Assembly: GCA_030141605.1 (NCBI GenBank)
Contig: JAQGDQ010002518.1
Span: 1-12,890 of the forward strand
From: Tubiluchus corallicola
Lineage: Eukaryota > Animalia > Priapulida
DNA length: 12,890 nt
Direction of reading: 5' to 3'
Below, in pieces: positions 1-8,640 of the stretch; position 1 is the first letter of the stretch, and every line of letters starts with the position of its first letter. The notes beneath the pieces were generated by a model. It saw only the letters and a program-made list of their open reading frames with translations, was not told the DNA's origin and did no database searches. The translations under genes were made by a program, and so were the position numbers.

Positions 1-219
1 CCACTTTTTGTAATGGTAATCTGGTGGTGTACTGGAAGTTGACTTTCAAATAAAGTGTAATAAAGGAATCCAAAAGCTTTTTGTTGGTTAGCAAATATTA
101 CTGAAGTTGTAAAAGATTACAGGATCGTTTCTGTTTATAGTCTTTTGTTGTGAAAATGATTGAAAGCTACAATAAAGTACTAGCAATTTAATGAAACCAC
201 GGATAATAAAACCAGTCAC
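1..219 (-). pseudogene. Possible eroded secreted-protein gene, running off the window edge
   Basis: Manual translation from GTG 219: VTGFIIRGFIKLLVLYCSFQSFSQQKTINRNDPVIF, resembling a Bacteroidota signal peptide cleaved before Q. This frame stops soon after, but a 1-nt shift at the A4 run 111-114 gives an open frame (FTTSVIFANQQKAFGFLYYTLFESQLPVHHQITITKS) to base 1. No family recognised. Confidence 0.2.
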
Positions 220-413
220 ATTTTAGAACCATTTAGGCACGGTCCAGAATTACCACCCTGGAAGCTATTGTTAAAAAAATTTGGTTAATAAAATGAGTGT
301 GCCGTTTAATAAGACCACATTTTTCAGTAATAAATGGCAAAAGCAACAGCAAAATGAAAAAAATAAAAGTATTTTTAGTAGTCTGTCTATTTCTTAAGAT
401 ACATAGTTTAAAT

Positions 414-720
414 TTAAGACATTTCTATGATTCACCTCTTCTTAGTTAAAGTCGACAGTTCCCTCGTAACCGACTCTGCGTGTACAGCTCCTAAAGTACA
501 TTTTAGCCTGCTGAGTTAGCTTAAATCACTGTTGTACAGTCGAGTTATTCTGTAGGGGTGTGAGTAAGCTGACTGCCTTGTGTTTATTTGTCATATACTG
601 TTAATTAAGGGTGCGTTTGTGTCCTGTACTTTCCGAAATTCAAACACTTGCAACAGGCCATCGCATATAGTAAAACCGTTATTTGTTAAGACCACTTATT
701 GCTGGACCCTTGATGGTTTT
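414..720 (-). pseudogene. Putative degraded Crp/Fnr-family transcriptional regulator remnant
   Basis: Fragments in the expected order across frames: HQG (715-707), ICDGLLQVF (668-642), 1-nt shift, ISESTGHKRTLN (639-604), resembling the cNMP-binding domain start; then FKLTQQ (525-508) and ESVTRELSTL (476-447), resembling the Crp HTH recognition helix. Several stops/frameshifts, and the middle is too short. Recognised by eye only. Confidence 0.35.
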
Positions 721-1037
721 ATTGAGCGTTGACTACTGCAGTAGTGAAAGACATTTCTAGCAGTTGAAATGTGTTCTACATCTCTAAGCTTTGATCAAAA
801 GTTTTTATTTGTAGGCTCCTAACTAATGGAACATCAAAAATTGCAGTATATAGCTGACACATTTTTATTTTAGACGATATTTTCGTTTGTAAAGAAAAGT
901 ACTGCTTATAAGTCTAACACCAAAAGAAAAACACGATTAACTTGTGATGCATTTTTTTTGCTGTTTTACTGGTCATTGCTTTCGTTCTTGGTCAATGCTC
1001 ACATCAGCAGGCCTGTTAGTGGTAGAGCACGGGAACA

Positions 1038-2585
1038 ATGATGCAATATTTTGTAGTGGATGTCTCGGGGCGTGTGTCAAGAATGGAATGGGGCGACATG
1101 GGCTTTAGCAACTATTTAACTAAAATACGAAACGCAAAAACCTTAGAGGAAATTGCTGTAGAGAAAAACTTACATCCTGCCTATGTAGGCATCTCCAAGG
1201 TTATGCAAGCATTTTTGTGGGGATTTATGACTGATAGCTATGGTGATATTCCTTTCTCCGAAGCACTGAATGAAAACATATTGTATCCAAAATATGATGC
1301 ACAAAAGGATGTCTATATGGCTATATTGAGCTTGCTAAAAGAAGCTAATGCGATTTTTGAAGAGGAGCATGAAGGAAGTAGCTTTCCCTCTGAGTATGAT
1401 ATTGTTTATGAAGGAAATATGGAAAAGTGGAGGAGGTTTGCCAACTCATTGAGAGTGCGTTATTTGATGCGATTATCAGAAAAACTTCCAACAGAGGCGG
1501 AAAGTGGAATGAGAGAAATATTAGGAGACTTAAATAAATATCCGATTTTTAATACAAATGACGATAATGCAAGTAGACTATTAGGAGTTGATGAAGGAGC
1601 TTCTTTTAAAGGCGGAATAACACGGGACTATAACGAACTTTTCTTTTTTAGAAAAAGAAAAGCATGCAGCACATTTATAGATGCTCTTAGAAGACTTAAT
1701 GATCCAAGGCTTGAAGTAATATGGGCGCCAGTAGAAACACAAATAGTTATTGTGGAAGATGAAGATGATAGAGATGAAGAAATAGAAGAAGCTGATGGAA
1801 AAAAAAGATATGTTTCTAAAAACTTGTTAGATGAGTATGCGGTAGAAAAAGAACTTCATAGCGAAAATGTAATAAGAGAGTTGTATGACGACGGAAAATA
1901 TGTAGGGCTACTGCCACACCCAGCCTCAGAAAAAGAAGCGTTTAAATACAACTTTAATATGGTCAAAAGAAAGTATGGAACTGGGTATCAGCTTGCAACA
2001 AGTAATGTAGAGCACCACAACCCCCATGTTTCATTATTAAACTCAGAAATATACAGAAGTGATGCACACAAATATAATCCTGCTATATTAATGCATACAG
2101 CAGAGCTAAAATTTTTGTTAGCTGAAGCTGCATTAAAGTGGGGAATTGGCTCAGCCGAAGCTTATTATAATGATGGTGTAAAACTTGCCTTGGGACAATA
2201 TGGAGTTGATGGCGACTATGACCAGTATATAAATCAGAATGATGTGGACTTTGCACTAGCAGCAAACCAAGAGGAGAGATTGGCAGAGCAAAGATGGATA
2301 TCTCTCTTTTTCTCTGTTGAATCATGGTTTGCTTGGAGGAAAACAGGGCTGCCTGAAATGAAAGTGAGAGAGAACTCAACATACACATCTGCTGCAATAA
2401 GAGTAACAGCAATTCGCTATCAATACGATGCAGATGATGTGGTGTTAAATTCAAAAAATTGGAGCGAAGCTGTTAACAATCCTGATAATTTGGAACTTAT
2501 TCCTACCTATAATACAAGTGGTTTTCGTGACCACATAACTTCCAAAATGTGGCTATTACAAGAAACAGGTGAGCCTTGGAACTAA
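1038..2585 (+). CDS. SusD/RagB-family (SusD-like_2, starch-binding associated) outer-membrane protein, N-terminally truncated and possibly a pseudogene
   Basis: Family motifs TDSYGDIPFSEAL, PKYDAQKDVY, DIVYEGNMEKWRRFANSLRVRYLMRLS, DPRL, ELKFLLAEAA, EQRWISLF..ESWFAWRKTGLP. No signal peptide or lipobox in the ORF; in-frame TAG at 1023-1025 blocks upstream extension; no susC upstream. Confidence 0.85.
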   Translation: MMQYFVVDVSGRVSRMEWGDMGFSNYLTKIRNAKTLEEIAVEKNLHPAYVGISKVMQAFLWGFMTDSYGDIPFSEALNENILYPKYDAQKDVYMAILSLLKEANAIFEEEHEGSSFPSEYDIVYEGNMEKWRRFANSLRVRYLMRLSEKLPTEAESGMREILGDLNKYPIFNTNDDNASRLLGVDEGASFKGGITRDYNELFFFRKRKACSTFIDALRRLNDPRLEVIWAPVETQIVIVEDEDDRDEEIEEADGKKRYVSKNLLDEYAVEKELHSENVIRELYDDGKYVGLLPHPASEKEAFKYNFNMVKRKYGTGYQLATSNVEHHNPHVSLLNSEIYRSDAHKYNPAILMHTAELKFLLAEAALKWGIGSAEAYYNDGVKLALGQYGVDGDYDQYINQNDVDFALAANQEERLAEQRWISLFFSVESWFAWRKTGLPEMKVRENSTYTSAAIRVTAIRYQYDADDVVLNSKNWSEAVNNPDNLELIPTYNTSGFRDHITSKMWLLQETGEPWN

Positions 2586-2630
2586 AATAGATAAACATAA
2601 CTAAAAGCGCAATCAAAACTAAAATAGTTT

Positions 2631-2662
2631 TTTGGTACATTTATTATTTTATACTATCTTTA
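2631..2662 (+). promoter_or_regulatory. Putative Bacteroidota primary-sigma promoter for the 2712 gene
   Basis: TTTG (2631-2634), 20 nt spacer, TATCTTTA (2655-2662); one mismatch to TAnnTTTG, about 50 nt before the ATG. Confidence 0.45.
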
Positions 2663-2711
2663 CAAAACGCATTAAGCTATTGCGTTGGTATGTACATGAA
2701 CAAATAAAAAA

Positions 2712-3314
2712 ATGAACTATCTAAAGATATTTTTGCTTATTGTGCCAGTCTGTTTATTTTCCACATCCAATATTCTTCATAAGAATGATAATGTAAAATG
2801 TAAAAATGAAACTAACATTAATTTTTCCGCACAAGATAACTATCTTCTAATAGATGGCAATAGATATAAAATAGAGGGGTTAAATATTCCATTCTTAGGA
2901 TTAAAAGAAGCAGCATCTCAAAAAGCGAAAAAAAAACACTTTAATGTTCTCTTCTTTGGCGAAGGATTTTTTGTGTCAATATTTGGAAAGCTACGGGGAC
3001 AAGGTCCTGCTGTGGCAATACAGTTAGTGTCATCTGAAGATTCAGAAATAGCCACAGGAACATACAACTATTCCGCTTACAAACAAGAGAGCACCTACAA
3101 TAATATATCCTATTTTGCAGAAATATCGGGCAAAGAGTTGCAAGACAGACTGCCATCGTTAGAAGGCAAAAGGTATAAGGTTACTTCTGGCGATTTGAAA
3201 ATAATAAAGCAGCGGGATGGAGCTTATTTTTCCTTGCATCAAGGAAAAGCTATCAACCCAACAAATGGCAAAGAGATAGATGTTTATTTCAAATGCAAGG
3301 GATTGATATACTAA
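2712..3314 (+). CDS. Hypothetical exported protein
   Basis: 200 aa ORF with a signal-peptide-like N-terminus (MNYLKIFLLIVPVCLFSTS), A-rich leader before ATG, and a beta-strand-like body (ATGTYNY, KVTSGDLKII). No family confidently recognised. Confidence 0.7.
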   Translation: MNYLKIFLLIVPVCLFSTSNILHKNDNVKCKNETNINFSAQDNYLLIDGNRYKIEGLNIPFLGLKEAASQKAKKKHFNVLFFGEGFFVSIFGKLRGQGPAVAIQLVSSEDSEIATGTYNYSAYKQESTYNNISYFAEISGKELQDRLPSLEGKRYKVTSGDLKIIKQRDGAYFSLHQGKAINPTNGKEIDVYFKCKGLIY

Positions 3315-3356
3315 GTAAACAAATAATTTTAGCGTTTTATACAATAAATAATCAGC

Positions 3357-3833
3357 ATGAAGAGAGAAAAAAACAATTTAAAACAAAAATACAATAGAAA
3401 AGTTGTTGCAATACATTGGATAACTTTTTTTCTGCTTCTAATAGTAATACCATTAGGATATTTGGATATTGAAGATAAGGAACTAAAAAGCAAACTCTTT
3501 AATGTACATAAAATATTAGGCATAACGGTGTTACTTCTAACAGTTTTTAGGACAGTACTGTTTTTTGTTGTTAAACGCCCCTCTCAACTTAAAACAGGAA
3601 GCAAGTTTCACACATTTGCCATATCATTTGTGCATCTTATACTGTATGTTTTATTGTTTGTAATGTCATTTTCTGGACTGATTATGGTCAATGTTCGCAA
3701 GTTTCACTCTATTGCAGAAGAAGTGCATGAAACATTTGCATCTATACTTATTGTGACTGTAATACTACATATATTAGGAATGATTTTGCACTACATTCGC
3801 TTTAAAGAGAATACGTTAAAACGAATAATATAA
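3357..3833 (+). CDS. Cytochrome b561 / cytochrome b/b6-domain di-haem membrane protein (CybB/YceJ-like)
   Basis: Four hydrophobic helices with the family His pattern: KYNRKVVAIHW, VHKILGITVLLLTVFR, VHLILY..MSFSG, VHETFA..VILHILG, and a C-terminal TLKRI. Confidence 0.85.
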   Translation: MKREKNNLKQKYNRKVVAIHWITFFLLLIVIPLGYLDIEDKELKSKLFNVHKILGITVLLLTVFRTVLFFVVKRPSQLKTGSKFHTFAISFVHLILYVLLFVMSFSGLIMVNVRKFHSIAEEVHETFASILIVTVILHILGMILHYIRFKENTLKRII

Positions 3834-3848
3834 ATAATCTTAAATGAT

Positions 3849-3884
3849 AAAAAGGTGCTGAGTTTAAACTCAAACACCTTTTTT
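3849..3884 (+). terminator. Rho-independent terminator after the cytochrome b gene, possibly bidirectional
   Basis: AAAAAGGTG-C-TGAGT-TTAA-ACTCA-AA-CACCTTTTTT: imperfect hairpin with an A-tract before and a T-tract after, 15 nt past the stop. Confidence 0.7.
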
Positions 3885-3990
3885 AGTAAGATTGTTAATG
3901 TTAGTTAATAAGATTGTGTGAAATCCATTTACTAAATGATAAAACAATTATTATACCAAAACAACATAAGCAAAATAAATTGTTTAATTA

Positions 3991-4022
3991 TTTGTTGTGT
4001 TTTTGTGATAAAGTTACTTTTG
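3991..4022 (+). promoter_or_regulatory. Bacteroidota -33/-7 promoter for pgk
   Basis: TTTG (3991-3994), 20 nt spacer, TACTTTTG (4015-4022): exact match to the TTTG/TAnnTTTG consensus, about 110 nt before the pgk ATG. Confidence 0.65.
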
Positions 4023-4130
4023 TTCTGTAAAAATATTATAGCAACACATAACCCACACTATTTATATGGGTTTCTAAATAGAATATTCTAATAAAAACTT
4101 CAATTAAGTACAACATAAAAAATAAATAAT

Positions 4131-5321
4131 ATGAAAACAGTAGATACTTTTAACTTCTCAGGAAAAAAAGCACTTATCAGAGTAGACTTTAATGTTCCAT
4201 TGAACTCAGAGCTTGAAGTTACAGACGAAACAAGAATTAATGCTGCATTGCCAACGATAAAAAAAATATTAAAAGACAGTGGAGCAGTTGTTTTGATGTC
4301 CCATTTAGGACGCCCTAAAGACGGTCCTGAAGATAGGTATTCACTTAAGCACATTGTAAAACATTTGTCACGTAAAATAGGAACGGATGTGATTTTTGGA
4401 GGTGATTGTATAGGAGAGGAGGCATTAGAGAAATCCAAGAGCTTAAAAGCAGGACAAGTATTACTATTAGAAAATTTAAGATTTTATAAAGAAGAGACCA
4501 AAGGTGATGTGGAATTTGCAAAGAAGTTAGCACAACATGGAGATGTATACCTTAACGATGCTTTTGGAACAGCCCATAGAGCGCATGCCTCTACTTCTAT
4601 CATTGCCCAATTTTTTAAAGACAAAATATGTGGCTATGTAATGCAGGCAGAAATTGAAAATGCAAATAAAGTGCTTACTGAAGCTAAAAATCCACTGACG
4701 GCAATTATGGGAGGAATGAAAATTAGTGACAAAATTTTGATCATTGAGCAGCTACTTGATAGAGTAGATAACCTAGTTATAGGAGGGGGAATGGCATATA
4801 CGTTTGTCAAAGCACAAGGTGGTAATGTTGGAAAATCTCTATTAGAAGAAAACAAACTCGATTTAGCTCTTTCTTTGATAGACAAAGCTAAGGCAAAGGG
4901 GGTTAACTTATTGCTTCCTATTGACTCAGTGGCAATTGATGAGTTTAAAAATGATGCTCCTACAATAAAAGTGTGTCCCATAGAAGCGATAGAAGACAAT
5001 TTAATGGGAGTAGATATTGGCGAAAAAAGTATTAAAAAGTTTACAGAAGTAATAGCGAACTCTAAAACAATTCTCTGGAATGGCCCTATGGGAGTATTTG
5101 AAATGGAAAATTTTGCTAAAGGAACAAGAGCTATTGCAAAAGCTGTAGTAGAAGCGACACAAAAGGGAGGATTTTCATTGATAGGTGGGGGAGATTCGGC
5201 AGCAGCAATTAATAGTTTGGGCTATGGAGATAAAGTGTCATATGTTTCAACAGGAGGAGGTGCTTTGTTAGAATATATGGAAGGAAAAGAATTGCCTGGC
5301 ATAAAAGCCCTTACAGAGTAA
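4131..5321 (+). CDS. pgk: Phosphoglycerate kinase
   Basis: RVDFNVP, MSHLGRP, LLENLRF, NDAFGTAHRAHAS, IGGGMAYTF, WNGPMGVFE, GGGDS, VSTGGGALLE; full length, 396 aa. Confidence 0.99.
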   Translation: MKTVDTFNFSGKKALIRVDFNVPLNSELEVTDETRINAALPTIKKILKDSGAVVLMSHLGRPKDGPEDRYSLKHIVKHLSRKIGTDVIFGGDCIGEEALEKSKSLKAGQVLLLENLRFYKEETKGDVEFAKKLAQHGDVYLNDAFGTAHRAHASTSIIAQFFKDKICGYVMQAEIENANKVLTEAKNPLTAIMGGMKISDKILIIEQLLDRVDNLVIGGGMAYTFVKAQGGNVGKSLLEENKLDLALSLIDKAKAKGVNLLLPIDSVAIDEFKNDAPTIKVCPIEAIEDNLMGVDIGEKSIKKFTEVIANSKTILWNGPMGVFEMENFAKGTRAIAKAVVEATQKGGFSLIGGGDSAAAINSLGYGDKVSYVSTGGGALLEYMEGKELPGIKALTE

Positions 5322-5433
5322 TTGACTGTGTTTTTTCACTTTTCTATAGAGGAGATGAGGTTAGGTTGGTTGTGGTGGGGGATGTTGAATTGTCTAAGGA
5401 ATTTTTTTGTATTATTTATAGAGTTAAAAAGGT

Positions 5434-6645
5434 GTGAAAATGAATAAAATATTGGTTATAGGAGCTGGAAGCGTAGGCAATGTAGTTGTCAAAAAATGCG
5501 CTCAAGTTCCTGAGGTATTTTCAGAAATAGTATTGGCAAGCCGAACAAAAGCCAAGTGTGATAAAATAGCATCGGAAGTAAAGAATAAAAAAATAGAGAC
5601 AGCACAAGTAAATGCTGATGACGTATCGCAATTGGTAAATTTAATAGATAAAGTTAAGCCAAAAATAGTAATTAATGTGGCTTTGCCTTATCAAGATTTA
5701 AGCATTATGGATGCGTGCTTTGCAATGAAAGTTCATTATTTAGACACTGCAAATTATGAACCAAGAGAAGAAGCCAAATTTGAGTATCAATGGCAATGGA
5801 ACTACCAAGATAAATTTAAAAATGCAGGAATTATTGCTTTGTTAGGATGTGGCTTTGACCCTGGAGTAACAGGAATATTTACAGCATATGCATTAAAACA
5901 TCATTTTGATGAAATACACTATTTAGATATAATAGATTGTAATGCAGGAGATCATGGACATGAGTTTGCAACTAATTTCAACCCTGAAATAAATATAAGG
6001 GAAATAACACAAAAAGGAAAATATTGGGAAACAGGACAATGGAAAGAAATAGCACCGCTATCTATTCATATGCCTATAAATTACCCTAATATAGGAGAAA
6101 GAGAATCTTATTTGCTCTATCATGAAGAATTGGAGTCGCTAGTGAAAAACATCCCATCTATTAAAAGAGCTCGGTTTTGGATGACTTTTTCTCCCAAGTA
6201 TATCAACTATCTACAAGTATTGCAAAATGTGGGTATGACAAGTATCAACCCCGTAGAGTATGACGGGAAACAAATAGTGCCGTTGCAATTTTTAAAATCG
6301 GTGTTGCCTGAGCCTAGCTCTTTAGGAAAAAATTACACAGGTGAGACATCTATTGGCTGCCAAATAAAAGGGGTGAAAGAAGGAAAAGAAAAAGATTATT
6401 ATATTTGGAATAATTGTAAGCACCAAGATGCTTACAATGATGTGCAAGGGCAGGGAGTTGCTTACACGACAGGTGTTCCTGCTATGTTAGGAGCGAAAAT
6501 GATACTTGAACAAAAATGGAAAGGGAGTGGGGTATATAATGTGGAAGAGTTTAATCCTGACCCGTTTTTATCTGAATTGGGGAAATATGGTTTGCCTTGG
6601 CATGAAGAAATAGGCCCGAAGCTCGCTTTTAATGACTACAACTAA
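5434..6645 (+). CDS. Carboxy(nor)spermidine dehydrogenase (saccharopine dehydrogenase family); start may be ATG 5440
   Basis: Rossmann GAGSVG; INVALPYQDL, YLDTANYE, LGCGFDPG, DCNAGDHG..FATNFNPEIN, HEELESL, YTTGVPA; directly upstream of and overlapping nspC. Confidence 0.93.
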   Translation: MKMNKILVIGAGSVGNVVVKKCAQVPEVFSEIVLASRTKAKCDKIASEVKNKKIETAQVNADDVSQLVNLIDKVKPKIVINVALPYQDLSIMDACFAMKVHYLDTANYEPREEAKFEYQWQWNYQDKFKNAGIIALLGCGFDPGVTGIFTAYALKHHFDEIHYLDIIDCNAGDHGHEFATNFNPEINIREITQKGKYWETGQWKEIAPLSIHMPINYPNIGERESYLLYHEELESLVKNIPSIKRARFWMTFSPKYINYLQVLQNVGMTSINPVEYDGKQIVPLQFLKSVLPEPSSLGKNYTGETSIGCQIKGVKEGKEKDYYIWNNCKHQDAYNDVQGQGVAYTTGVPAMLGAKMILEQKWKGSGVYNVEEFNPDPFLSELGKYGLPWHEEIGPKLAFNDYN

Positions 6646-7789
6646 AACAACAACTTCTTTTACTGACATTGAAAAATTGCCTTCTCCTTGTTATGTTATA
6701 GAGGAGGCGTTATTAGAAAAAAATTTAATCCTACTAAAACATATCAGCAATCAGTCTGGGGCAAAAGTTCTATGTGCTCTTAAAGGTTTTGCTATGTGGA
6801 ATATGTTTTATTTACTGCAGCATTATTTGCATGGTGCCACCGCCAGTTCATTACATGAAGCCAAGTTATGTTTCGAAGAGATGCACTGCAAGGCACATTT
6901 ATGTGCTCCTGTGTATATAGAAGAAGAATTTGATGAGTTGACGAATATAAGTTCTCATATTACTTTTAATTCTTTATCACAGTTTTTGAGATTTAAAGAG
7001 AGGGCTTTGTCCAAGTTCTTAAAAATAGCTTTGCGGATTAATCCTGAATGTTCACAAGCTCCAACAGATATGTATGACCCTTGTATGCATGGTAGCAGGT
7101 TAGGGATAACAAGAAATGAAATGGGAGAAAAATTGCCTAATGGAGTTACAGGGCTTCATTTTCATGCACTGTGTGAGCAGAGTGCAGAAGCATTGGAGTG
7201 TGTGTTGAATTCGGTAGAAGAGAAGTATGGAGATTTGTTGCACCATGTGTCATGGTTAAATATAGGCGGAGGGCATCATATCACACGTAAGGGGTATAAT
7301 GTAGCATTGCTTATCAAGCTGGTAAAACATCTAATTAACAAGTATAACTTAGAGGTGATAATAGAGCCAGGAGAAGCAGTAGGGTGGGAAACAGGCTACT
7401 TGGTTGCAACAGTACAAGATATTGTGACGGCTAACGCAATAAAGACAGCGATACTTAATATCTCATTTGCCACACATACTCCTGATTGCTTAGAAATGCC
7501 ATACAAACCAAAAGTTTGGGGTGAAGTGAGTAAAGAAAGAGGAAAATATAAGTATAGAATGGGAGGAATGTCATGCTTAGCAGGAGATTTTATAGGAGAT
7601 TATTTTTTTGAGCATAAATTAAAAAGGGGCGATAGAATTGTTTTTGACGATATGATACACTATACAATGGTGAAGAACACAACTTTTAATGGGATAAATT
7701 TACCCTCAATTGGAGTTAAAAAGACAGATAACAGTTTTGATTTAATAAAATCATTTGGTTACGAAGATTATAAGAATAGACTATCATGA
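6632..7789 (+). CDS. nspC: Carboxynorspermidine/carboxyspermidine decarboxylase (PLP-dependent, alanine-racemase fold)
   Basis: PSPCYV, ALKGF (PLP lysine), TASSLHEA, RINPE, YDPC..SRLG, GLHFHALCE, GGGHHIT, EPGEA, SCLAGD, HYTMVKNTTFNG; 14-nt overlap with the upstream gene. Confidence 0.96.
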   Translation: MTTTKTTTSFTDIEKLPSPCYVIEEALLEKNLILLKHISNQSGAKVLCALKGFAMWNMFYLLQHYLHGATASSLHEAKLCFEEMHCKAHLCAPVYIEEEFDELTNISSHITFNSLSQFLRFKERALSKFLKIALRINPECSQAPTDMYDPCMHGSRLGITRNEMGEKLPNGVTGLHFHALCEQSAEALECVLNSVEEKYGDLLHHVSWLNIGGGHHITRKGYNVALLIKLVKHLINKYNLEVIIEPGEAVGWETGYLVATVQDIVTANAIKTAILNISFATHTPDCLEMPYKPKVWGEVSKERGKYKYRMGGMSCLAGDFIGDYFFEHKLKRGDRIVFDDMIHYTMVKNTTFNGINLPSIGVKKTDNSFDLIKSFGYEDYKNRLS

Positions 7790-8628
7790 AAAAAAGACTA
7801 AACAGTATACAAATTTATAAAAAGATATTTTTTGCATTGACCTTAATCTTTTTTTCAGGTTTGTTACATGCACAACCACAAAGCGAAGGGCAAAGTTTAT
7901 TGAAAGACACAGTACTTATTCCCGACATGAATAATTCTAAGTATGGGACTTATTTTGATAAACAACTCACCAATGGAGGAAATCCTGTTAAGATAGGAGA
8001 AGTAATAATTCCATCTATGGTTTTTGTAACAGCAGGAGCAACAACTTTTAAAAATAGAATGGAGATACAGAATAAAGTTTTGAATTGGGGGAATGGATTT
8101 TCTACGCGAGCTGATGATTATTTGCAACTTGCACCTTTGGCATTCCCATTTATTGCTGGAGTGGCAGGAGGAAACACAAGAAATAATTTTTGGACACAAT
8201 CTTTGCTTTTAGTTACAAGCGAAATATTAACAATGTCGATGGTCTATTCTTTAAAGTACTCTTTGGGAGTGCAAAGACCCAGTGGCGGAGCATACAACTC
8301 CACGCCTTCGGGGCATACGGCACAGGCTTTTGTGTCAGCAACATTTATGCATCATGAGTTAAAGCATATAAGCATTTGGTATTCTGTTGCGGCCTACAGC
8401 ATGGCGGCAACAACGGGATTGTTTAGAGTGCTAAATAATAGACATTGGGTTCCTGACGTATTGTTTGGAGCAGCAATAGGATTAATTTCTACCAATTTGG
8501 TATATTATGCTTATGATAAGATATATACTAAAAAAATTGCAGTACCAAAATCAGAAACTGCCAAAATATCATTTTTACCTTATGGGATGATGGATGGTGG
8601 GGGGGTCTCTATGGTATTAAGTTTTTGA
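7786..8628 (+). CDS. PAP2-family phosphatase with N-terminal signal/TM segment
   Basis: C1 KYSLGVQRP, C2 PSGHT, C3 RVLNNRHWVPD motifs; hydrophobic helices; ATGA overlap with the nspC stop. Confidence 0.9.
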   Translation: MKKRLNSIQIYKKIFFALTLIFFSGLLHAQPQSEGQSLLKDTVLIPDMNNSKYGTYFDKQLTNGGNPVKIGEVIIPSMVFVTAGATTFKNRMEIQNKVLNWGNGFSTRADDYLQLAPLAFPFIAGVAGGNTRNNFWTQSLLLVTSEILTMSMVYSLKYSLGVQRPSGGAYNSTPSGHTAQAFVSATFMHHELKHISIWYSVAAYSMAATTGLFRVLNNRHWVPDVLFGAAIGLISTNLVYYAYDKIYTKKIAVPKSETAKISFLPYGMMDGGGVSMVLSF

Positions 8629-8640
8629 CCAATGTTCAAG

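Noticed and set aside
1017-1025. Two in-frame TAG codons upstream of SusD suggesting amber recoding or read-through
   Set aside because: uvrB ends at TAG at its expected length, and the long genes have no internal TAG, so the standard code holds.
1755-1800. Acidic EDEDDRDEEIEEAD segment (GAAGAT-like low complexity) in SusD
   Set aside because: Short in-frame low-complexity loop, not a tandem array; variable loops here are expected in SusD-like proteins.
2615-2686. Small hairpins after SusD (AAAACTA/TAGTTTT and AACGCA/TGCGTT)
   Set aside because: Short or AT-only stems; too weak to call a terminator or operator.
2083-4999. Minus-strand track ORFs 2083..2454, 2941..3156, 3159..3344, 3329..3523, 4100..4438, 4345..4533, 4634..4999
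   Set aside because: Antisense shadows of well-supported plus-strand genes, with no recognisable motifs.
8629-8640. Convergent PAP2 and uvrB stops only 12 nt apart with no visible terminator
   Set aside because: Common in compact genomes; nothing in the sequence supports antisense regulation.
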